A stretch of DNA of 26,295 nucleotides, from the IMG/VR virus record IMGVR_UViG_3300032237_000052, positions 1-26,295 of that record. One strand, 5' to 3'. Positions 1 through 6,181 of this stretch are shown here, piece by piece. The stretch's first letter is position 1. Each line of letters starts with the position of its first letter. Both the position numbers and the translations under genes were made by a program. The notes under the pieces were generated by a model. The model made no database searches and was not told where the DNA came from. It worked only from the letters and a program-made list of their open reading frames with translations. Origin of the DNA: a virus. Its lineage: Duplodnaviria > Caudoviricetes.

Positions 1-51
1 CTTGCCATTTCTCTTTCAGAAGCGGGTCTTTCTAAGAAGAAAAAGAAGTAA
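1..51 (+). CDS. 3' end of a small basic protein, DUF6496-like (5'-truncated)
   Basis: Manual translation LAISLSEAGLSKKKKK*, resembling the 'AIALSEAG' end of DUF6496-type small phage proteins. Its TAA overlaps the ATG at 51. Confidence 0.6.
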   Translation, partial: LAISLSEAGLSKKKKK

Positions 52-284
52 TGCCTGAGAAGAAGAAGCCAGTTGAGAAGCCAGTAAAGATTGGCATCAA
101 GGTACCTGGTAAGCCAGCCCGTGAAGTTCACACAATTAAAAAGAACAAGCAAGGCGATGTAATTGTTGATCACGCAAAACGTGGCGGTGCCTACGACAAG
201 ATTAACCTGACAAAGAAGGCTGGGGCAAAGACAATTGCCCAAGGTGTTAAGGCGACTAAAGATTGGCATAAGAAAAATGGCTAA
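51..284 (+). CDS. small lysine-rich hypothetical protein (77 aa)
   Basis: ORF track; TAATG overlap with the upstream gene; very K-rich. Confidence 0.8.
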   Translation: MPEKKKPVEKPVKIGIKVPGKPAREVHTIKKNKQGDVIVDHAKRGGAYDKINLTKKAGAKTIAQGVKATKDWHKKNG

Positions 285-540
285 GTCAGAGGCATGGCAA
301 CGTTCAGAGGGCAAGAATAAAAAAGGCGGCCTTAATGAAAAGGGACGTAAGTCCTACGAGAGAGCAAACCCTGGTTCAGATTTAAAACCTCCAGTATCTG
401 CAAAGCAAGCAAAGAAGTCTCCTAAATCTGCAGCACGTCGCAAATCATTCTGTGCACGTATGGGCGGAATGGAAGGCCCTATGGAGAAGAACGGCAAGCC
501 AACACGCAAGGCTTTAGCATTAAGAAAGTGGGATTGCTAA
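277..540 (+). CDS. small basic protein, DUF6321-like (87 aa)
   Basis: The likely start is ATG 277 (MAKSEAWQRSEGKN), overlapping the previous stop. Motifs GGLNEKGRKSY, RRKSFCARM and ALRKWDC are typical of this small phage protein family. Confidence 0.8.
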   Translation: MAKSEAWQRSEGKNKKGGLNEKGRKSYERANPGSDLKPPVSAKQAKKSPKSAARRKSFCARMGGMEGPMEKNGKPTRKALALRKWDC

Positions 541-686
541 TGGCAACTAAGAAGACAGATCCTTGCTGGGATGGATACACCCAGGTAGGCATGAAGATGA
601 AGAACGGTAAGAAAGTTCCAAATTGCGTTCCTGCAAAGGGCGTTCCAAAATCAAAACCAAAAGCCAAGAAGAAAGTGAGCAAGTAG
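540..686 (+). CDS. 48-aa basic peptide with CWDGY...VPNCVP motif
   Basis: Manual translation MATKKTDPCWDGYTQVGMKMKNGKKVPNCVPAKGVPKSKPKAKKKVSK*; TAATG coupling to the upstream stop. Confidence 0.8.
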   Translation: MATKKTDPCWDGYTQVGMKMKNGKKVPNCVPAKGVPKSKPKAKKKVSK

Positions 687-788
687 ATGTGCGCTAAGTG
701 CGGATGTGGATGTAAGGCTGGTAAGCCAGCAAAGGGATGTAAGTGCACATGTGCAACTTGCAAGTCTGCTAAGAAGGCTAAGAAGTAA
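687..788 (+). CDS. 33-aa Cys/Lys-rich metallothionein-like peptide
   Basis: Manual translation MCAKCGCGCKAGKPAKGCKCTCATCKSAKKAKK*. The ATG directly follows the upstream TAG, and its TAA overlaps the next ATG. Confidence 0.75.
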   Translation: MCAKCGCGCKAGKPAKGCKCTCATCKSAKKAKK

Positions 789-928
789 TGAAGAAAACTC
801 TTACTCCTAAGCAGATGAAGATCGCTGGGGCTGCAAAGCCAACAAACAAGATCACGGGAGCAGATTTCAAGGCTCTTAAAAAAGGCAAGACAGCAAAGAC
901 CACAATGGTTAAAAAGAAAGGTATGTAA
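788..928 (+). CDS. 46-aa basic peptide (KITGADFKAL motif)
   Basis: Manual translation MKKTLTPKQMKIAGAAKPTNKITGADFKALKKGKTAKTTMVKKKGM*; TAATG coupling. Confidence 0.75.
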   Translation: MKKTLTPKQMKIAGAAKPTNKITGADFKALKKGKTAKTTMVKKKGM

Positions 929-929
929 T

Positions 930-1121
930 ATGTGCATGACCTGCGGATGCCGTGACAAGGCAAAAGACAAGAAACAAGATGCCAAGGTAATGAAAGGCAT
1001 GACTGCTACACAGAAGAAGAAGTTTGAAAAGGCTGATAAGGCCATGGATAAGAAGAAGCCATCTCGTGCAGCAGATGCCAAGATGGATAAGGCGTTAGCC
1101 AAAAAGATCAAAAAGAAGTAA
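930..1121 (+). CDS. 63-aa basic protein with N-terminal MCxxCGC motif
   Basis: ORF track; AAAGGT SD-like sequence upstream; K/D/A-rich helical tail. Confidence 0.8.
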   Translation: MCMTCGCRDKAKDKKQDAKVMKGMTATQKKKFEKADKAMDKKKPSRAADAKMDKALAKKIKKK

Positions 1122-1126
1122 CAAGG

Positions 1127-1150
1127 AAGACGCCGTAAGGCGTCTTTTTT
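1127..1150 (+). terminator. Rho-independent terminator
   Basis: AAGACGCC-GTAA-GGCGTCTT stem with a GNRA tetraloop, followed by a T run, 5 nt after the stop at 1121. Confidence 0.9.
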
Positions 1151-1158
1151 GTTATACT
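1150..1158 (+). promoter_or_regulatory. extended -10 promoter (TGnTATACT) for a leaderless HNH transcript
   Basis: TGT-TATACT at 1150-1158, 6 nt before GTG 1165; no clear SD. Confidence 0.55.
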
Positions 1159-1164
1159 GAGAAA

Positions 1165-1713
1165 GTGAGAAGTGGTTGTGCAACAGGTGTAGGAGCAGAA
1201 ACTCATAGAACACATAATGAGCCCATCTGTGACTCCTGTAGAGAGGGTGAACGCCAAAGAAAAAAGGCGTATGCTGAACTAAACAAAGAGAAAATAAAAA
1301 CCAGAAAACAAGCCTATAGGGAACGTAATAAGGAAGCCATAAAAACCTATGCGGCTAATTACCAACAGGCTAATGCTGATAAAATCAGGTTACGAAAGAG
1401 TGCCTACCAAAAGGCTAATCCTGAATTAATTGTGGAAATATCCCAACGCCGTAGGGCTAAGAAATTAGCGGCCCCAAATGACGGGCATACTATCCAAGAA
1501 ATGTTGGACCTATATGGAACGGACTGTCATATCTGTAATGATGCTATAGATCTGAATGCTCCAAGGTCAACTCAAAAGGAAGGTTGGCAAAAGGGCTTGC
1601 ATGTAGACCACCTAATACCTTTGTCAAAGGGAGGAACTAACCTCCTAAAAAACGTACGTCCTTCTCATGCTATCTGTAATCTACTAAAACATGTAGATAT
1701 TCTTGATGCTTAG
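1165..1713 (+). CDS. HNH endonuclease (putative free-standing homing endonuclease)
   Basis: CHIC...HVDHLIPLSKGGTNLLKNVRPSHAICN HNH motif; N-terminal C..H..CxxC; helical Y-x-x-x-N-x-E/D repeats. Confidence 0.9.
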   Translation: MRSGCATGVGAETHRTHNEPICDSCREGERQRKKAYAELNKEKIKTRKQAYRERNKEAIKTYAANYQQANADKIRLRKSAYQKANPELIVEISQRRRAKKLAAPNDGHTIQEMLDLYGTDCHICNDAIDLNAPRSTQKEGWQKGLHVDHLIPLSKGGTNLLKNVRPSHAICNLLKHVDILDA

Positions 1714-1731
1714 CCTGTTTAACTAAAAGAA

Positions 1732-1806
1732 AAACCTTATCCTTTCACTATCGGTAACCCGCTGCGGGCCCGTGCAGTCCCACTGCTTGCGTTTGATAAG
1801 GGGTTT
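1732..1806 (+). promoter_or_regulatory. candidate structured 5' leader or promoter region of the tail operon
   Basis: TATCCT -10-like at 1738-1743; hairpins CCCG-CTG-CGGG (1758-1768) and GCAGT-CCC-ACTGC (1774-1786); the flanks pair with GATAAGG (1795-1801), which overlaps the SD. Confidence 0.4.
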
Positions 1807-1809
1807 ATT

Positions 1810-1998
1810 ATGTCTGGATGGGAACCGTGGTACGAAAGAGCCGCTAAGTTAAACGGCAAAGATGAAGTCGAAGAGTTTATGCGTGGCGTCTTCGGCTACC
1901 GCCCCAAGGACAAGCAACCAATTATTACTGGTCTTATCGCAGGCTATGTCGGTGGAAAAGTTGCTGGCAAATCTTCTGCGAAGGCCAGAAAGAAGTGA
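1810..1998 (+). CDS. hypothetical protein (62 aa)
   Basis: ORF with AAGGGG SD; GTGA overlap with the next gene. Confidence 0.7.
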   Translation: MSGWEPWYERAAKLNGKDEVEEFMRGVFGYRPKDKQPIITGLIAGYVGGKVAGKSSAKARKK

Positions 1999-2312
1999 AG
2001 CAACAACATATCCTTAGCGCCATTGACAGGGCCAGTCACGAGACCTCTCGTTTAGCAGGAGCGCATCTGCGTGCAGAAGCCAACGCAAGTCAATGGCCTG
2101 CTCACATCGTGAGAGGAATGAATGTCACCTACAGTAAAGATGGATTTGCTGCCAATGTGCATGAGAGCCATCATGCTGAGGCCCTTAACCACGAGTACGG
2201 TACCCCTGATCGCCAGCCTACGGCTGCAGTACGACGTTCTGCAAATAGAACTCGTGAGACAGAGAACTTCCTAGTCCACCGTATTGCTAAGCATCTGGAG
2301 GATCTACTATGA
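1995..2312 (+). CDS. putative neck/tail completion protein (HK97 gp10-like)
   Basis: HEYGT motif and position upstream of the tail terminator and sheath genes. Confidence 0.55.
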   Translation: MKQQHILSAIDRASHETSRLAGAHLRAEANASQWPAHIVRGMNVTYSKDGFAANVHESHHAEALNHEYGTPDRQPTAAVRRSANRTRETENFLVHRIAKHLEDLL

Positions 2313-2983
2313 GTTTCCTATTAGATGAAGATGAAGCAATTCGCAATCTTCTTAAGGACATGATTGTGACTGATCAGAAGTCAGTTACTCCAGAAGGGCC
2401 ACAACGTAAAGTTGGTGTGTGGTTTGGTCAACCTGATCAAGAAGTTCGCAATCAGTCATACCCTTACATGACTATCGACATGATTGACATTGCTGAAGAC
2501 ATTACTCGTGCACAACGTGGGAAAGTTAACCCCGTGTATTACGCCGATCCAGATACCATCGGTACTGATACTGCATGGGACCCAGACCTTCATGATAAGG
2601 ATATGGATTTTCCTATCCCAGTAAATATTGATTATCAAATAACTACCTATGCTCGTCAGCCCCGTCATGATCGTGAGATCTTGGCGCAGTTGCTGTACAC
2701 AAAGATTCCATTGCGCTTTGGCGTACTACTTACAGGACCAAACACTGCAAGTGGTACCCATCGGCGCTTGGATGTTCTAGATGTCTCTAAGCGAGATATC
2801 ACAGAACAAGGAAAGCGTTTATTCGTAAACGCAATCACGGTACGTGTCTCTAGTGAGATCGCACCTTCCACCTTCAATAAATTCTACAAGGTACAAGAAC
2901 TCAACGTTACAGGCACAACTGGCAGCCAAGTTATTGGTCGTGGCGAGTTTACTGCTATTGAATCGTTTACTACAACGGCATAA
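2309..2983 (+). CDS. putative tail terminator/completion protein (Pvc16/DUF4255-like)
   Basis: PIPVNIDYQITTYA motif; directly upstream of the sheath gene. Confidence 0.65.
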   Translation: MSFLLDEDEAIRNLLKDMIVTDQKSVTPEGPQRKVGVWFGQPDQEVRNQSYPYMTIDMIDIAEDITRAQRGKVNPVYYADPDTIGTDTAWDPDLHDKDMDFPIPVNIDYQITTYARQPRHDREILAQLLYTKIPLRFGVLLTGPNTASGTHRRLDVLDVSKRDITEQGKRLFVNAITVRVSSEIAPSTFNKFYKVQELNVTGTTGSQVIGRGEFTAIESFTTTA

Positions 2984-3017
2984 CACGGAACCCATACCCA
3001 ACTAGTTAGGAGAAGAA

Positions 3018-4520
3018 ATGGCATATAGCCGCCCAGGTGTTTACATTAGTGAGCGCCTTCTACCAGCACCACTACCAGGTGGTGTCACTGCTAACGCTGC
3101 TGGCGCTGTTGTTGCACCTCTTGCACAAGGCCCAGAAGCCGTAACGCTTGTCTCATCTTGGTATGAATTTACTAAGAACTTTGGAGGCTACAACGCCTCA
3201 TACCCAGCAACATTCCAGATCGGCTCATTCTTTGCAAATGGTGGACGTGAACTCTACGTCAAGCGCCTCCTTGCAGATGATGCAGATCCAGCAACAGTAA
3301 ATCTTCTTACATCAGGAAGCCTTGTTGTTGCTACTATCACATCAAAGAATGCAGGAACAGATGGTAACAACTTACGTGTTGTTGTATCTGCTGGTTCTGT
3401 TGCTTCAACATACACATTGACTCTCTACAAAGAAGCAGGTGTATCAAACAACATTACTGATGACATCCTACTAGAGCGTTACGAGAACGTGGTCTTTGCT
3501 GACCCAACCTCTAGCGATTTTGCAGAGACAGTTATCAACTTAGTATCACCAAATATCACAATCTCAGCAAGTGCTTCAGGTACTCCAGTATCAACTGTCT
3601 ATCCTTTGACAGGTGGATCAAATGGAACTACTCCTGCTGCAACTGACTACACAGCGTACAAGGGTGGAGCCTCTTCAGTATTTGAAGACTTTGCATCTCT
3701 TGATCGTCCAATAGTCTTCTTCTTGCCTGCAGTAAATGCACTCGCTTCAGGTGCTGTATCTGTTTTTGATGCAGCAACTTCATGGTCAGAATCAAATAAC
3801 GGATTCGTTGTGTTAGATACTGATCCAGACCTTACAGTGGCAAATGCAATTTCATTTGCTGGTTCTCTTACAGACACCAGCAATGCCGCTGTATACTACC
3901 CAAATGTCTACATTGCTGATCCTCTAGGACGTGGTGCAGGTGCCCTTCGTAAGATTGGTCCAGCAGGTTCTGTTGTAGGCTTATACCTAGCAACTGATGC
4001 GGCACGTGGAGTGTTCAAGGCTCCAGCAGGTATCGGTTCAGCAATTCAAGGAATCGTTGCAGCAGAACGTTCGTTCTCTTCAGCAGAACTTGACACGATG
4101 AATGCAAGCACATCTCCTGTCAACCCAATCCGCCAGATCCCTGGCGCTGGTCTTTCAGTGATGGGTGCTCGTACACTTAAGCAAGACGGCACAGCAAACA
4201 AGTACGTCAACATGCGACGCTCACTTATCTACATCCGTAAGAACCTTAAGAACCTTACTGAATTTGCAATCTTCGAGAATAACGATGAGCGTCTATGGAC
4301 ACAGATCCGTACAAGCATCAACGTATTCCTTGGGGAATACCGCAATCAAGGTGGCCTACGTGGTGCATCAGCATCCCAGGCTTTCTTTGTTAAGTGCGAT
4401 GCTGAGAACAACAGCGCCCAGCAAATCGCCAACGGTGAAGTACACATCCAAGTTGGTGTGGCACTTCAATACCCAGCAGAGTTCATCGTCATCGACCTCA
4501 GCCAAAAGACGCTGAACTAA
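3018..4520 (+). CDS. contractile tail sheath protein
   Basis: YSRPGVYISE N-terminus, FFANGG, RGVFKAPAG, GARTL, YVNMRR, FENNDERLW and C-terminal PAEFIVI; AGGAGA SD. Confidence 0.97.
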   Translation: MAYSRPGVYISERLLPAPLPGGVTANAAGAVVAPLAQGPEAVTLVSSWYEFTKNFGGYNASYPATFQIGSFFANGGRELYVKRLLADDADPATVNLLTSGSLVVATITSKNAGTDGNNLRVVVSAGSVASTYTLTLYKEAGVSNNITDDILLERYENVVFADPTSSDFAETVINLVSPNITISASASGTPVSTVYPLTGGSNGTTPAATDYTAYKGGASSVFEDFASLDRPIVFFLPAVNALASGAVSVFDAATSWSESNNGFVVLDTDPDLTVANAISFAGSLTDTSNAAVYYPNVYIADPLGRGAGALRKIGPAGSVVGLYLATDAARGVFKAPAGIGSAIQGIVAAERSFSSAELDTMNASTSPVNPIRQIPGAGLSVMGARTLKQDGTANKYVNMRRSLIYIRKNLKNLTEFAIFENNDERLWTQIRTSINVFLGEYRNQGGLRGASASQAFFVKCDAENNSAQQIANGEVHIQVGVALQYPAEFIVIDLSQKTLN

Positions 4521-4539
4521 TCCGAAGGAGAAAACATAA

Positions 4540-5202
4540 ATGGCAACAGTCATCAATAACCGTTCAACGCTAGTTACAGATCCATTACGTAACTTTCGTT
4601 TTTTGGTTACATTCATTCCACAGGACACAGCAAACACAACTCTTACTCAGTTAAAGTCTGCAACCTTTGGATTCACTTCAGTATCAGGAATGTCAGTTGC
4701 TACTGATTCTATTCCTTACCGTGAAGGTGGATACAACACCACAGTCCACCAGATTCCTGGTCAGACAACCTTCACACCAATCACACTACAACGTGGTGTA
4801 ATTCTCGGTACTTCACAAAACTGGGATTGGATGCGTAACTTATTTGCAACTGTTGGGGCTGGTGGTTCAACTCGTACTGCTGCTCAGAACTTCCGTTGCG
4901 ATCTAGAAATCCAGGTTCTATCACACCCAATTCCTGCAGCAGGTTCAGGCGATAACTCATCAACGACAGACCATGTAGCAATGCGTTTTCATGTTTACAA
5001 CGCATGGCCAACAGCAGTTGCTTACTCTGACCTTAACGCAGGTGACAATGCACTATTCGTAGAGCAGATGACACTCGTACATGAGGGCTTTGATGTTAAC
5101 TGGGCTGCGAACTTAACTGCTTCAGCAGCAAGTGAATACGGAGTAACAACCACACCTGCAGTCCGCACTGCAGGCGGCAACGGAACCCTACAGATCGCTT
5201 AA
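4540..5202 (+). CDS. tail tube protein (T4 gp19-like)
   Basis: DPLRNFRF, GFTSVSG, YREGG, ITLQRG, NAWP and EQMTLVHEG; follows the sheath; AAGGAG SD. Confidence 0.95.
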   Translation: MATVINNRSTLVTDPLRNFRFLVTFIPQDTANTTLTQLKSATFGFTSVSGMSVATDSIPYREGGYNTTVHQIPGQTTFTPITLQRGVILGTSQNWDWMRNLFATVGAGGSTRTAAQNFRCDLEIQVLSHPIPAAGSGDNSSTTDHVAMRFHVYNAWPTAVAYSDLNAGDNALFVEQMTLVHEGFDVNWAANLTASAASEYGVTTTPAVRTAGGNGTLQIA

Positions 5203-5218
5203 CTAACAAAGGACTAAC

Positions 5219-6031
5219 ATGACAACGAATACAATCAGTGCAGCGGCTAATCCCGCAATGGCTAATAACTTGATTAACTCTGCAATGGCGGAAACGCCAG
5301 AGCAGAAAGAAGTAACCATTGTTCCTCCTTCAGATACTTCAGTGACTCTCCCTGGCGGCTACTTAACAGCCGCTGGGGAGATCATCATTGATGCTGAAGT
5401 TAGAGAACTCAATGGCTCAGATGAGGAAGCAATTGCTCGTGCTTCCAACATCGGAAAGGCAGTACTGACTATCTTGCAGCGTGGAGTTGTCCGTGTGGGA
5501 GACCACAGGGCAGATGAGAAGTTACTAGACCAACTTCTTTCTGGCGATCGAGACATGCTCCTGCTTGCAATCTTCAAGGCAACCTTTGGTAAGACTGCAG
5601 AACTCTCAGGGTTCTGTGTTGGTTGTGGAGATGTCAAGCCAGTAGAGATCGATATCGATGAGGACATCAAGGTCAAGAGCCTTGCTGATCCAATCAACGA
5701 TCGAGTCTTTACAGTGCAAGGAAAAAAGAACACATTCACTGTGCAACTACCTACAGGTGTTACACAAAAAGAAATGATTCTTAACTCCGATAAGAGCGCC
5801 GCAGAATTAAGCACAATCATGTTGGAGAACACGGTCATGAAGATCGATAACTCTCCAGTACTGAGCAAACTGCAGGTACAAAATCTAGGACTTGTTGATC
5901 GCCGTAAGATTAATGAGGCAATTGGTAAGCGCCTAGTAGGACCACAGTTTGATGATGTCAAGGTCATCTGTCCTGACTGCGAAGGCGAGGTATCTGTTCC
6001 CGTTAATTTCGGGACCTTATTTCAGTTCTAG
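5219..6031 (+). CDS. tail/baseplate hub assembly chaperone (T4 gp26-like)
   Basis: VRELNGSDEE, GDRDMLL and two CxxC pairs (CVGC, CPDC); lies between tube and tape measure. Confidence 0.75.
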   Translation: MTTNTISAAANPAMANNLINSAMAETPEQKEVTIVPPSDTSVTLPGGYLTAAGEIIIDAEVRELNGSDEEAIARASNIGKAVLTILQRGVVRVGDHRADEKLLDQLLSGDRDMLLLAIFKATFGKTAELSGFCVGCGDVKPVEIDIDEDIKVKSLADPINDRVFTVQGKKNTFTVQLPTGVTQKEMILNSDKSAAELSTIMLENTVMKIDNSPVLSKLQVQNLGLVDRRKINEAIGKRLVGPQFDDVKVICPDCEGEVSVPVNFGTLFQF

Positions 6032-6053
6032 CGCAATCCCTTACGCTCATCTA

Positions 6054-6179
6054 ATGGCGGAATGGTCAGTGCTAACCAACGAGTACATGGGTTGGACCTT
6101 GACAGAGATTAAAGAATTAACACATAGAGAAAGAAAGAATTGGTTAGAGATAGCCAGTTATACCAGTAGAAAGGATTAA
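6054..6179 (+). CDS. short chaperone partner (T4 gp51/lambda T-like), possibly expressed by frameshift
   Basis: GWTLTEIKELTHRERKNWL motif in the +1 frame; the frame is open from before the upstream stop; ATG 6054 lacks a clear SD. Confidence 0.65.
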   Translation: MAEWSVLTNEYMGWTLTEIKELTHRERKNWLEIASYTSRKD

Positions 6180-6181
6180 CG

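Noticed and set aside
235-276. Extended N-terminus of the 235-540 ORF
   Set aside because: It overlaps the upstream gene extensively; ATG 277 gives normal coupling and a typical family N-terminus.
479-1213. 244-aa minus-strand ORF over the peptide cassette
   Set aside because: F/L-rich antisense shadow of AAG/AAA codons; it crosses a terminator and several well-coupled plus-strand genes.
1752-1803. Twister ribozyme or cobalamin riboswitch resemblance (TAA...GTCCCA...AGGG; CCACTG)
   Set aside because: Only short fragments match and the required conserved elements are missing; kept only as an unassigned structured leader.
5359-5967. Long minus-strand ORFs (this one and others such as 15354-15776, 18437-18901, 24085-24480, 24523-24930)
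   Set aside because: All are antisense to confident plus-strand genes and show no recognisable motifs.
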